Below, piece after piece: positions 50,527 through 62,404 of a stretch of DNA of 64,000 nt. This DNA is from Hydrolagus affinis. Its lineage: Eukaryota. Location: the NCBI GenBank assembly GCA_012026655.1, contig JAAILG010000618.1, positions 1 to 64,000 on the forward strand, written 5' to 3'. The notes below the pieces were generated by a model. It saw only the letters and a list, made by a program, of their open reading frames with translations, did not search any database and was not told the origin of the DNA. The translations under genes were made by a program, and so were the position numbers. Within the stretch, counting starts at the first letter, position 1. Each line of letters begins with the position of its first letter.

Positions 50527-51712
50527 CTGTTAAATAAATGTGACACATTGTCCATGAATAAGACATGAGAATGACCAACTTATATTACTTTTTATTTCCA
50601 ACCAGGCAAGGGCAGATCTGCGAAAAACCATTGTTTTTCAGATGAAACAATATGTGGTTGTATAACTGGAATTATTCGGATATGATAACTCACAGATCTT
50701 TATTTGTGTGGCCGGCTGTAGCTCAGAGCTGCAGCGCAACAACAGCTAAATTACATTTGTGTAGCACCTTTCGCATTGTATCAAGGCAATGAACAATCAA
50801 TGTTTTGGATCTGGCTGGGGGTCACAATTGGTGAGGATGGGAGGGCATGGTGGGATGAAGGATGACTGAAAACATGGTCAACGAGAAGGGTCTTGCGAGT
50901 CTTAAAGGAAGTAATGGAGGGTTGAGGCAGAAGGATTGCAGGATGGAGTTCCAGATGTTGAGGGCTAGGTGGCTAAAGACCTGCCTGCTAATGGAGGGGA
51001 AAGGGAGGCGGGGGTTGTGAAGCAGGCCGGAGGCCACTGACGGAAGGATCGGACAGGTTGGTAGGGGTTTAGAAGACCAAAAAGGTAGGGGGAGCAAAGC
51101 CATGGACAGTTGTGAAGGTAAGGACCAGGATCTTGAATATCCTTTGTGTGAAGGGAAGCCAGTGGATTTGGGTGAGGATGGGGTGATATGGTCACAGAGC
51201 CTGGTACGGGAGAGGACATGGGCTGTAGAATTATGGATGATTGGCGTTGCTGAGACCGACAAGCAGGCAGTTTGCGTAGTCAAGCCTGGATGTTTTGTAT
51301 GCGTGTATGAAAGTTTCGGTGGTCTGCAGTGTGAGAAAGTAGCAGAGCCAAGTGATGTTGTGCAGGTGGGGAAAGGAGGAGTGGGTCAGTTACCTTGTGC
51401 AGACATTTCTCGTTTTCCTCTGTTGGCCATGACATACACTCATTTGTATCTAAGCTAACTGAAGACAGCAGTAGCATTTATCAACACACTACTGACTTGA
51501 CTTTACTGGATGTAAGTGTGACCCCACAGGTCTGGTTGCCCTAGTGAATGGTTAGTTTTTCGGAGTGCAATCAAACCAGTTTTTACAGGTCATCTGAGAA
51601 ACAATGGTTTTTCGCAGACCTGCCCTTGCCTGGTTGGAAAGAAATAAAAAGTGATATAAGTTGATCATTCTCATGTCTTATTCATGGACAATGTGTCACA
51701 TTTATTTTACAG
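50527..51712. repeat. ~120-bp inverted repeat pair (50527-50644 and 51591-51712)
   Basis: ctgttaaataaatgtgacacattgtccatgaataagacatgagaatg...ccaggcaagggcag.tctgcgaaaaaccattgttt.tcagatg recurs as its reverse complement, with a few substitutions and one 4-bp indel. Confidence 0.92.
50738..51390 (-). mobile_element. 5'-truncated L2 LINE
   Basis: The minus strand encodes AHVLSRTRLCDHITP...FSHLALNIWNSILQSFCL. A degenerate (caa)n tail is at ~50738. Confidence 0.85.
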
Positions 51713-52087
51713 GTCAGCGTGAAGCCTGAATCTTAAGTTTGTGATGTTGCTGCTGCAATGAACCCTCATTACAACATGAGTTTAGAGACCCACTGAAAGT
51801 TTGTTTTATGATCAGTGCTATCCATCCTCTTCTTTTTGTTAATGTTGCGTACCAGGTATTTACCAACGCAGTAACCCAATGATGACTATCCAAATAAGAT
51901 GATGTACCTTTGCATGTTCCTGGCATGTTATAATCCAGACAGTGAGTCTGGCGGGCTTTCCACAGCAATACATATGTAAAAATCATTATCAGAGGTTGCT
52001 TCCTGCCCTGAGAAAAAGGTGCGTTGGATTCAGAATGGTTTCCCAACTGAAGAGGAGCCATTGGAGGAGCAACGTGCATTTATAAAG

Positions 52088-52279
52088 AAACAAAAACAGA
52101 AGTTGCTGGGGAAACTCAGCAGGTCAGGCAGCATCCATGGAGAAAGGAAAAATGTTTTGGGCCCGAAACGTTGACTCTTTTTCCTTTCTCCATGGATGTT
52201 GCCTGACCTGCTGAGTTTCCCCAGCAACTTCTGTTCTTGTTTCAGATTCGCAGCATCTGTAGTATTTTGTGTTTTGTTT
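52088..52279 (+). mobile_element. Penelope-like element terminal fragment in fold-back (inverted) configuration, with a 14-bp TSD
   Basis: Arms 52088-52152 and 52178-52242 are reverse complements with 2 mismatches. The sequence cgaaacgttgactc...tctccatggatgttgcctgacctgctgagtttccccagc...tttcagatt resembles the Penelope-type repeat common in cartilaginous fish (recalled). TSD GTGCATTTATAAAG at 52074-52087 and 52280-52293. Confidence 0.75.
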
Positions 52280-52487
52280 GTGCATTTATAAAGCATTCTT
52301 CACACAGGTTAACCTCTTGGAGCTCTGCACATTGGCAAGGTTAGATACCCGGCTCGGGACCCCACTCTATCTCTGTGAAGTGTTTAATGTGATACCAAAG
52401 AAGCAAATGAGCTCACTATAAGGAAATTAGTGACTGTGAAGTGACAGCTGGCTTTACAAAGGTAGTGAGAACACAATAAATTATTGT

Positions 52488-52778
52488 GGAACTCATGTAG
52501 CTCAGTGGTTAGAGCACTCGCCTTACAAGCATGAGACGTGTTCAAATCCAGGTAGATGAGGACAAAACTTTCCTTACTCCACAAGCCTACTAATAATCCA
52601 TCCAAAAAAACCACAATAATAAAATTGGTTATTTCAATCCACGCAATTGGCTGCCGCGATTCGCCTACAAATATACAGTCAATTCACTTTACAATATATT
52701 TTGTGAAATGCTTTGAGACGTGATAAGATGTGAAAAGCACTATATCAAATGCAAGGATTATTAGTATTATTATTATTA
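52488..52778 (+). mobile_element. Young tRNA-derived SINE (SINE2-1_CM-like)
   Basis: gtagctcagtggttagagcactcgccttacaagcatgagacgtgttcaaatccagg...atatcaaatgcaagg(att)n. Confidence 0.85.
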
Positions 52779-52889
52779 ACAAGAAGTAGTGAATAGTGAC
52801 TCCATTTTCCAAATTCAGTAGCAAGTAGAAATTCATCATGTGACCCTTGCAACTCCACTCCATGTTGTGTAGGTGCAGAAATCCCTGGT

Positions 52890-53283
52890 CCTGGTTAACA
52901 GCATTTCAGTCTATAATTTAGAAGGCTGTGGATTCAAACCCCACATTAGACTCTGAGCTTGGCTCCAGTGCAGTGCTGGGGGAGTGCTGCATGACTTGAT
53001 GTCATTTGGGCGATATGTTAAAATGAAGTCCTGTTTGTTTGGCCAGGTGGCTTTAAAAGAACCTATGGGACCATTCAAAACGTGAATGGAGTTTCTCCCA
53101 ATGTCATCATCAACAATGCTGCAATTTAAAATAAAATTGGTCATTCACTTCATGGCTGGTTTGGGGACTTTATTATGCACAATTTTGCTGCTGTATTCGC
53201 CTACAAAATACAGAAAACAGTATTCTGTGAAAAGCTTTGAGACATTTTAACAAAGTAAAGTGCTATATCAAATGTACAGATAT
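52890..53283 (+). mobile_element. Deu-type SINE
   Basis: gaaggctgtggattcaaaccccac...cagtgcagtgctgggggagtgctgc...caggtgg...ggtcattcacttcatggc...gctatatcaaatg. Confidence 0.7.
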
Positions 53284-54187
53284 AGTTCTCTTCGGTCATC
53301 ATCCAGTTATAGCCTTGGCATAAAGCCACTATTTATGACTTTCTATCACAATTATTTTTACCTGGGGATGTGGATCCAATTCCTGGGTGAGACAGGACAA
53401 AATACCTGTGGAAATAACTATGCCTGACAAAGTCCCAATGGCTCAACATCTGTTATCAGTGGAGTCATAATAATAATAATTATTGCATGTATATTAATAA
53501 TTATTGCATGTTCCTGGCGTGTTACAATCAAGACAGTGAGTCTGGCGGGCTTTCCACAGCAATACGTATGTAAAAATCATTATCAGAGGTTGCTTCCTGG
53601 CCCTGAGAAAAAGGTGCGTTGGATTCAGAATGGTTTCCCAACTGAAGAGGAGCCATTGGGGGAGCAACGTGCATTTATAAAGAAACAAAAACAGAAGAAA
53701 CAAAGGAAAAATGTTTCAGGCCCGAAATGTTGACTCTTTTTCCTTTCTCCATGGATGTTGCCTGACCTGCTGAGTTTCCCCAGCAACTTCTGTTCTTGTT
53801 TCAGATGATGTTTCAATAATAATAATAATAATATTCAATAATAATAATTATTGTTTCAATAATAATATTTCTTCTTATTATTATTAATAGATATTAATAA
53901 TAATAAATATTATTATTAGATATTAATAATAATAAATATTATTATTATTATTATGACTCCACTGCTAACAGATGTTGAGCCATTGGGACTTTCCAGACTT
54001 TTCTGCAGGAAAATCTCAGAAAGTCAGGAATGACTTTGCTGTGTGTTTCTGCATTAAAGAGATAATTGAAGTATTGTCAGGCATTCCACAGGATGCATCT
54101 AAGCAGTTAAGCAGCCACTGTAGCCAGAGTGTCTCTGTGCCCAATTGTTCCAGTGAACACTGGAATCAAGTAATAATAATGATCGTA

Positions 54188-54478
54188 ATAATAATAATCC
54201 TTGCATTTGATATGGCGCTTTTCACGACTTCTAGACATCTCAAAGCACTTCAAAGAATCTACTGTAAAGTGAATTGGCTGCATATGTTTTGGGAGTGAAA
54301 TGTGACAGCCAATTGCGCACAGCAGTATCCACAAACAGTTGTAGATTGAAATGACCAATTAATTTTTTTATATGAGAGATTATTATCAGACATGTGGAGT
54401 AAGGAAATTGGCCCAAAGTTTCAACCTGCCTGGAATTGAACCCGGGTCTCTCGCTTGCAATACAAGCTCTCTAACCCT
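54188..54478 (-). mobile_element. SINE2-type copy
   Basis: (aat)n ccttgcatttgatat...gtggagtaaggaaa...ttgaacccgggtctctcgcttgcaa. Confidence 0.8.
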
Positions 54479-54521
54479 GAATTGCAATCTCAAATCCCCT
54501 GATCAAGACAGGATTATTTTA

Positions 54522-54822
54522 CAACAACAACAATATTACACTTATATAGTGCCTTTCACGTCAGGAGGATGTCCCAAGGTGCTGGGCAGTCACTATTTCA
54601 GACCCAAACTGGTAACAGGGGCTTGGGTGGTGGGGTGGTGGGGTAGTGGGGTGGGGTGGGGGGTGGAAGGGAAGGGGGGATTAGGAGTTGCTGATGGGTA
54701 CATCGAAGAGGAGAGTCTTGAGGCGAAATTTGAAGGCGGCCAGGGAGGGGGCAAGGAGGAGGGACTGCGGGATGGAGTTCCAGAGGTCGGGGGCAGAGTA
54801 GCTAAAGGCTCGCCCGCCAATG
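54522..54822 (-). mobile_element. L2 3' end with a G-rich UTR tract
   Basis: (caa)n...tatagtgcctttcacgtcaggaggatgtcccaagg...gatggagttccagagg...gctaaaggctcgcccgccaa. Confidence 0.85.
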
Positions 54823-55400
54823 ATTTTTATTAATAATAAAGTAATTTTATTATCATGAATATGAATATTTTCTTATAGTTATCATTACTGGTAGGAAAAG
54901 GGCTATTTGACAGCTGTATTTAGATTTTTGCTGTGTGCTGTATTTTTTTTCTTCGATTGGCCCAGAGGGGGTAATGTTACTTGGATGAAAACTTGGATAA
55001 CTTGTGGTTAGAATAATTTAACTGTGTTTGCACAGGTTCAAAAGGTCTCTGTGAAGTTAATAAAAAGTGGTGGTATTTGAATTGCTGGCTTTGATTCTGC
55101 ACAACTGAGCCTTTATTTTAGTCAGAAAGAATGCCAGACTGCAAATGTATTAAAATAAAAATCAATGGCTTGAGGTGTGCACTCAAGCATACTCAAGTGC
55201 TTGATGTTTTTATGGGCTGGTCTCGCTTTGCATATGTGACCCTGGTAGATATTTAAATGATTATTTACTTGCTCGAATTTTTGAAGGACCAGCAGGGAGG
55301 GAACATCTACAATTTGTGTATGACAACTCAGTTAAGTTGGGCACAAAATATACATTCAATTCACTTTGCAGTATTTCTGGCATTGGCTCTTATTCACTTG

Positions 55401-55434
<34 letters not shown>
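55401..55434 (+). repeat. (CT)n microsatellite
   Basis: ctctctctctctttctctctctctctctctctc. Confidence 0.9.
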
Positions 55435-55435
<1 letters not shown>

Positions 55436-56689
55436 GTTCTTTCAGGGGATTTGAGATTGCAATTCAGGGACAGACATAGTGCGATCTCAGAGACCATAGG
55501 AGTGTCGGCCATTCCACATTCCAATCAACTCACCAATTCCGGAACCCAAATCACTTTCATCTCCTTCAGCCTAGCCAACCAGTTGACTCTCCAAAACTCA
55601 AAATAGACCAATGAAACTCAACCGAATGACGGACAAAATGGAGCCTGAGTGAGCAAATGGTGATTTCCACCCTCCCCACAAATCTGGGATCAATCAGACA
55701 GATGTGACGGCAATATGGCTCTCCCCAGAGTAACTGATCACTATCGCTCTAGTTAGGAAACTAAAACAACCAATGGACTCTGTACAACAACTCTACAAAA
55801 GCCAAACCAACTAAACAGTGATGGCTCAACAGTTGGTGGTGTTGAAAGCTCAACATCATCCTGCAGTGGAGGAGTTGGAGATTGAAATGATGGCTGACAT
55901 GGATGACGGGAGCTTGTCATAGGAAGAGTGTTCCTCCCCACTACAAGAAGCTGGAATTATCTAAGGCTTTGATCGCTGTGTCTCCAAATACCTTAACGTC
56001 CATGAGAGAATGATACAGAAGGTAATGGAGTTTACACTGCCAGACGATGAACTGCTGGAACGTGTCCTTTGGTAGGTGGGGTGGGGGGCACTAACATCTC
56101 CCCCCACCCCGCTACTCACTTTCCCTGAGATCACCCCTGCCCCCCACCCCCCACTCCCCCCCACAACTCTCTCCCTTTTCTCCAACTCTCTAAAAATAAC
56201 AAAATAATAATAATTTGGTCACTGAATTCACGGTTGTTTGTAGGATGTTGCTGCGTGAAATTGGCTGCCACATCTCACCCACAAAATACAGTTACTACAT
56301 TCTGCAGTGTATACTTTAAAGAGCATTGAGACACGAAACATGATATAGTATAATGCTATATCAATTGTTATTGGCAATACTCATGTTCTCTGGTCAGCGG
56401 TTGGAGGATGGCTGGGGTTCAAGCTCACATGTAAATTATCACAACAATTTATAATACATATTAATTATTAATAATTGTGATAAAACATTATATCAAATTG
56501 AAGGATTAATATTATTTATTATGTCCAGTCTGGAGCTTTTAATTCAAAGAAATTTAAAAGTACAATATTGTTGTGTATATTTCTTTGTACTTTAGTCATA
56601 TTTGAAACTCAGAGTTACCTCAGACTGACAGAATAACTCAGATTATCACTCCCTACCCCTTTGTGAATGTCACAACATAGCCTTGCCTC

Positions 56690-56840
56690 ACAGTTAAAGA
56701 CCTTTCTCTTCGACCGAGCTTTTGGTCACCTTCCTGCCCCTGTCCCTGGCTCGGTCCTGGGATCCGCTACTGTGAAGCGCTCTGAAACGCCGTCCGGCGT
56801 GGAGGGCGCCATATAAATCGAAGTTGTTGTTGTTGTTGTT
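56690..56840 (+). mobile_element. L2 3' end (second L2 subfamily)
   Basis: ttaaagacctttctcttcgaccgagc...tgtgaagcgctctgaaacgccgtccggcgtggagggcgccatataaatcgaag(ttg)n. Confidence 0.8.
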
Positions 56841-57259
56841 ACCTTTCCATTATTAGATCACTAAACATCAAATGAAATTGGACCGCAACAAGTGGAAAAA
56901 AGTACTAAAGCATAGAGAACAAAGCCACAATTCCCACATTACTGTATGTATTGTACATTTAAAGGATGTGAAACAGAAAGAAACACTGCTTGATTGAACT
57001 CAAAGGTCACTTTGAAGGCTTTTGGCTCTGAAAATAAATTTGCTAACTTATGAAGCGTAAGCATGTGTAAATTATTAGCAAGGAATATGTGCTGCAAAAA
57101 TGACAACAACAATTTGCTTTTATGTTGGACATTTACAGTAGTCCCCAGACCACTGAGGGTAGTTTTTATAGTAGTTACAAAGAACGTTGTCTGAAGTCAC
57201 TATTTGATCAATGTGTGTAGTGATCTTAATATTACCTACTTCTTGAACTTAATGTAAGG

Positions 57260-57695
57260 CAGAGTCCTAAAGCATGTAGAGAGACTGTACTTGTTTCCGA
57301 AAACCCACGGTTACTGTGATCTTAGGTTCAACAAGCAGAGAGAATGCAAAGATTTAAATGAGGATTTCACATGTTATGCCATATCCACGCCAGTGAAGGT
57401 GACCGCAGATATCACCTTCTGTGCCACTCAGACCCCAGCTGGTATCACAACAGGCGGCAATCAAGCATTAACAAAAGGTGCACCTTGCAGGTCACTACTG
57501 CCTTGCTCATGAGATTGATGTATTTGCTTCTCATGAACTCTGACACAGAAGCAACTGCAGGAACAATGGAAGTGTACTTTATAATGCAAAATTCTTTTAA
57601 ATCCTGGTGCCATCAACTATTTTTATGTGACCTCGGGAGCTGTCCTGCTGGTGTATCATACCCACAATATCACTGCCTGACAATATTCGTTGTAA
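57260..57695 (+). pseudogene. Decayed PIF/Harbinger (HARBI1-like) transposase fragment
   Basis: Ordered motifs: LRFNK; AISTPVKVTADITFCAT (compare ALPVAVKVTAALNFYAT); GGNQA; RCTLQVTTAL (compare RCIRQVTDAL); GAINYFYV at 57606 (compare GAIDCTHV); YHCLTI (compare YHSLNV). Frameshifted. Confidence 0.65.
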
Positions 57696-57889
57696 TAAAA
57701 TGGGAACAGAAGTAGAACCTTCAGTTTTCTGCTCTGCCATGAAGTCTATGGCAACTTTCTAATTCTATTTACCCACCTTTTCTTCACATTCTTTAATATC
57801 CTTGCTTATCAAGCATCAGACCTATCTGTCCATCCATCCTTCCATCCGTCCATCTGTCATTGATATCTCTCTTTATCGCTGGGTGTCAA

Positions 57890-58292
57890 CATGCTCAGTT
57901 TTTAGTACTCTCTCCTCTGTGGCAGAAGCTTGTGGGTTCAAACCCCACAATGGGCCTTTGAGTTCATAATGTAGGCTGACATAACAGTACAGTGCTGGGG
58001 GAAACACTGTATATTTGGAGATACTGTCCATCGGGTGAGAAGTTAAACTGAGGTCCTATCTGCCTTGTCAGATGGATATTAAAGATTCCATGCACTATTA
58101 GTAAAGAGAAACTTCCCAGATAAAATTGGTCATTCACTTCATGGTTTTTTGTGAGACATGGCTGTGTGCGAATTGATTGCCCTGTTCACAACCAAAATAC
58201 ATAGTTGTTATACTTTACAGTAAATCCTGTGAAGTGCTTCAAGATTTCCTCCTGATGTGAAAGGTACTATATCAAGTACAAGGATTATTATC
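57890..58292 (+). mobile_element. Deu-type SINE, full length
   Basis: gctcagtt...agtactctctcctctg...gtgggttcaaacccc...gttaaactgaggtcctatctgcc...aaagattccatgcact...tatatcaagtacaagg(att)n. Confidence 0.78.
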
Positions 58293-58579
58293 ATAAATGT
58301 CTATATCAACTCTGTATTTACGACGTAAGGCAGTCTGTGTCGCAGTTGAAAGTCTTCCTTCGGAACAAACTTTTTGACAGACAGTTGTTTAAGCATTGAC
58401 TTCCTGGCTCTGCTTTTTTTAGTTCTCTACAGGGCATGGTCCATTGTTTACATTTATAGTACTTTACTATTACAGGTGCACAACTAGTTCAAAATTTACA
58501 ATTGGTGCAACAGCAATATAATCAAGTTCACCAAACAACATGTCAGTATGGTATAGTTATGATCCCATTAAATAGTGAA

Positions 58580-58890
58580 AGATTATTCCCTCTGAAGTGA
58601 ATTGGAAACTAGGGGTCATAAATTCAGCATTGCCACTAGAAGGTTTAAAGTGAGAAGAACATTCTTTATACAGAGTGAATATGGAATGCTTTTCCACAAG
58701 TGACCTTTACACCGAGACCATAACCCCATTTAAAAGAGAAATAGATAAACATTGGAAAATCAACAATATAAACAGGTTGAGGAAAGAGCAGGAAATTGGA
58801 AATAGAGAAGTTAGCTCCGGTGGACGAGTTAGCAGCAGAATAGATGTGAATGGCCAAATGGTTTCCTTTTGTGCTATCGTTTCTATTATT
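58580..58890 (+). mobile_element. Degenerate CR1 3' end
   Basis: aactaggggtcataaattc...ttctttatacagag...tggaatgc...catttaaaagagaaatagataaac...ggccaaatggtttccttttgtgct. Confidence 0.65.
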
Positions 58891-60069
58891 TTACAATGTT
58901 ATCACAAGATTTGCTTGGAAGAAGAAGGCCCTTCAGCTCATCTGATCACTTTCCTCCTGAATACCTGTTCTACTATCCTCTCATTACTGATACTTTTTAA
59001 AGGAGTCCATTGTCCTGGCCTCCAGGGCCCTTCTTGGCAACCTGTCCCTGTCATTAATTGCCTCTGAGTGGAAGAAAACGTCTTGGTATCTATCCTGATG
59101 CATTATATAGATTTAAAACAGGCAGAGATCACAGGTCTGAGAGAGAGTATACCAATACTCCACTCCGTGTAGAATGTTGGCAGACTTACCAGAGTAAAAG
59201 CAGTACAGTACAAATAAATTTACCATAAATGTTGCTGCCAAGAGTAAGGATGAAAAATGCCTGAAGTGGAGGGAACCGCTGAATGGCATTAACTGGATCC
59301 ATCAATATATTCATGACAGTTTTCCTCATGCTCCAAATCTCACTGTGTCTACCTTGTTGCAGTTTTACTGTGTCACTCTTACCTCAACAGAATTCCTCAC
59401 TCCCTCCTCGGTTAGTGCAGATGGATCATCTCTCAACCTCCACTGATATAATTGTTCTTTATCAAGTACATTTTATTGATTAGAGTTTCAATGGTTCAAT
59501 CCCTTTGAAATGTGGAATTATACCATTCATCTCAGGGACAATTTATTTCTCCAAATTTTTGATGGATCAGTGGAATGAAGAGGTAAAATGTGAAGATAGC
59601 AAAAGGTTTTATGCATTTTTAGGACTGTTGTCATTGAACATGTATTGCTGTTTGATTTTTTCCTGCTCAAAGCATTTTTTATCCTTTCTCTTGGTAGCAA
59701 CATTAGAGATAAATTCTGGTGTCACATTTATGCTCATTTATAGCACCTCATGCATCATTAAAGCACATTTTACTTGAGTTTGTGCACCAACTTGATTACT
59801 TGACTCCAAGTTACAAAGTAGAAAATGTTTTATGCAATGTGCAAAATGACAGTTCACCCATACTTAAATTGGATTGCCACCAAGGTGCAGTGAAAAATGC
59901 CATCTTTGAATTAAACCTACAGACCGTAAAAGCTGATGATCGGTTGCAGATTGATAACATGAAAGCAGCTTATTAAAGCACAGCAGATGAAAGACATTTA
60001 ATTTTTTAATCTGTAAAGTTGGAAGATGGTAGTAGAGTACCATAGAAGATGGACTGAAGTAGAGTACCA

Positions 60070-60835
60070 TAGTTTTGGGGTATCATGGCTGAAAGCATGG
60101 CCTCTGATAGTGGAGCAGAGGGGTCAAGGGGTGGGGCAGGAGGCTGGAGCAGTGGTGTGGGTAACCAGTTCGGAGAGGTAGGGACATGCCAGGGCATGAA
60201 TTGACGTATTGTTATGATCCAGAAATTGAGCAGTTCTGCAGTGGACTGGGGTTGTAGCGGTATGGAGTTTATTGCAGATGAGGATTTTGGTGGTGGAGTT
60301 TTGAATTAATTGGATTTTATGAATGGTGGAGCTGGGCAGACCAATGAGAAGAGCATTGGATAAATCAAGTTAGGAGCTGAGGAATGTGTGGATAAGAGTG
60401 TTGAATGTATTAGGTGTGAGGTGCGGTTGGAGGCGGGCAATGTGGCACGGGTGGAGAAAACCGATCCTGGTTAGGGTACCTGATGTGGTAGGAAGGACAG
60501 CTGAGGATCAAACCTGAAAACCGCAAGTGATTCAGGATAGGTTGGAGAGGTAAAGGAGGTGAGAGCCACAGGAGAGAAGAATTGACAGGAGCCAAGGAGT
60601 ATGCCTTGTCTTGTCAACATTCAATTGCAGAAAGTTTCCACTCATCCAGGCTTTAATGTCTGACAAGATGACATTGGTGAACCTGCGTCCCACCTGAGGT
60701 AGAGGAGTAAATTTGTGTGTTGTCTATTTGCATGTGACAAGTTGACCACATGTCTGCACATGACATCACCAAGAGGGAGCATGTAAATGAGGAAAAGAGA
60801 GGGCTAAGGATGGAGCCTTGGCACATGCTGGAGGT
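60070..60835 (-). mobile_element. Degenerate L2 RT-region fragment
   Basis: Reverse of the L2 RT region seen at 6620-7200 (ctcatccagg...gatgtctgac, ttgtcaacattcaattgcagaaag, gagggagcatgtaaatgaggaa). Confidence 0.7.
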
Positions 60836-62404
60836 GAATAAAGATTTTTTAAAACAATATATATTTACTTATAAATAAATTTATGACATGAACCCAAAAC
60901 CAAATACAAAATATCCGCACATAGGTTGTGCACACATTTTTGGGGATATGTGAATAAAAAGTAACATATATATTTACTATAACACAGATGTATATGCTCC
61001 ACATAATCCTCCATTCCCTTTCCTACACCTCTCCATTCCTTTCTCCATCATGTATGCATCACAACTTATCTTAAATATATTGAAGCTATTTGCCTCAACC
61101 ACAGCTTCTGGAGCTTAAGATTACATATTTTGCTTTTGACTTCATTACCATTTAAAATACCCCCTCCCCTCCCTTCCCACCACCCTCCACTAAAAGGATT
61201 TACATACTGTATTCTCACTTGCTAATTCTAACAGTCGAAGTGTTGTTTTTCCCAACATCTGCCTCTTATTCTTAATTGGAAGAGATTGGTGTATAACCGG
61301 AGAAGCAATCATCTTAGTGATTTAATGACTACAAAATGAATGATCCACCGAGACTTCATCTCTGGCCCCAAAAGATCAGATTCATGTCTCAGAAAACTTT
61401 GTTGCCTGGAGAAGCAGAGAGTAATAATGTCATTACATGAGTTCCCCGTGTGTGCTTAAATAAGCACCATCAGTGTAATTACACTACAAAAGGATAACAG
61501 CATAATCATTCTCTCTCTCACTATTATGTCTTTAATCTTGCTAAATTATTTACTTATAAATCCTTTTAAAAAAAATTCTGTCCTCATTTAAATCCTGTAA
61601 CATTCCTCCACTGAGAAAAGCAAACTGTATGCAGTTGGCATCACTGGCGTGGAATTCTTTACCAGATGGTTGTAATGGAGAACTATGGTGCAGACCCCAT
61701 TACAATACGCCTCTTTATAGCATAAATTTGGTAATAATGCAGTTGCACTGAGAGCACTATTCAATCCACTTGTGCACAGATGCTTGCTTTGCAGTGCTGA
61801 GTTCCCAGCAAGAACAATCCTGCTTCATGGGGTGAGGATGGAAGTGGCGTCATACAGTACTTACATATTTTGAAACAGGTCATTCAGCCCAACAAATTAT
61901 TGAGACCATTAGAGATGTAATGTTTCACAGAATGACAAATTTTGTAATAATAATCCTTGCATTTGATATAGCGCCTCATCGCGAGTTCAAGACATCTCAA
62001 AGCATTTCACAGAATAAAGTGAATCAGCTGTATATTTTGTAAAAATGCAGCAGCCAATTACACACAGCAGTTGTGAATTGAGTGACTAAAGCAGTATTTT
62101 TAAAAATGTATTTGTTTAGTTTGAAGGGATTATTTAAACACCAGACCCAACTGAAACTTTTTTTGTTATTGATAATAATAATTGTCACCTCTGTAGAGTT
62201 TTGTTATCAGGATGCCAGATCTACCATCTGAAAGCAGCACCTCAGGCTCTGCATAAATGTTCTTGCCTCCTTGTTCCTGCAATGAATTGCAAAAGAGTAG
62301 TAAGATGGTCTAATGAAGCTGGATATTGGAGTATGAATACACAGCCAATGGAAAAGTAAGCTGCATTTTTCAATTCGAATCAGTTATATCACAAGATCGG
62401 ATAT

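Larger units (their letters stand above)
51910..53806 (+). repeat. Local direct duplication: 51910-52247 copied at 53504-53806
   Basis: ttgcatgttcctggc...gtgagtctggcgggctttccacagc...gtgcatttataaagaaacaaaaacagaag...cttgtttcagat occurs twice. The second copy lacks ~40 bp of the left hairpin arm. Confidence 0.93.

Noticed and set aside
52488-52560. tRNA genes suggested by A/B boxes (also ~6140-6216, 19566-19650, 37250-37309)
   Set aside because: These are SINE heads that continue directly into SINE bodies and lack an intact cloverleaf.
54625-54680. G-quadruplex-forming tract
   Set aside because: It is the complement of the C-rich tract of an L2 3' UTR and is explained by that element.
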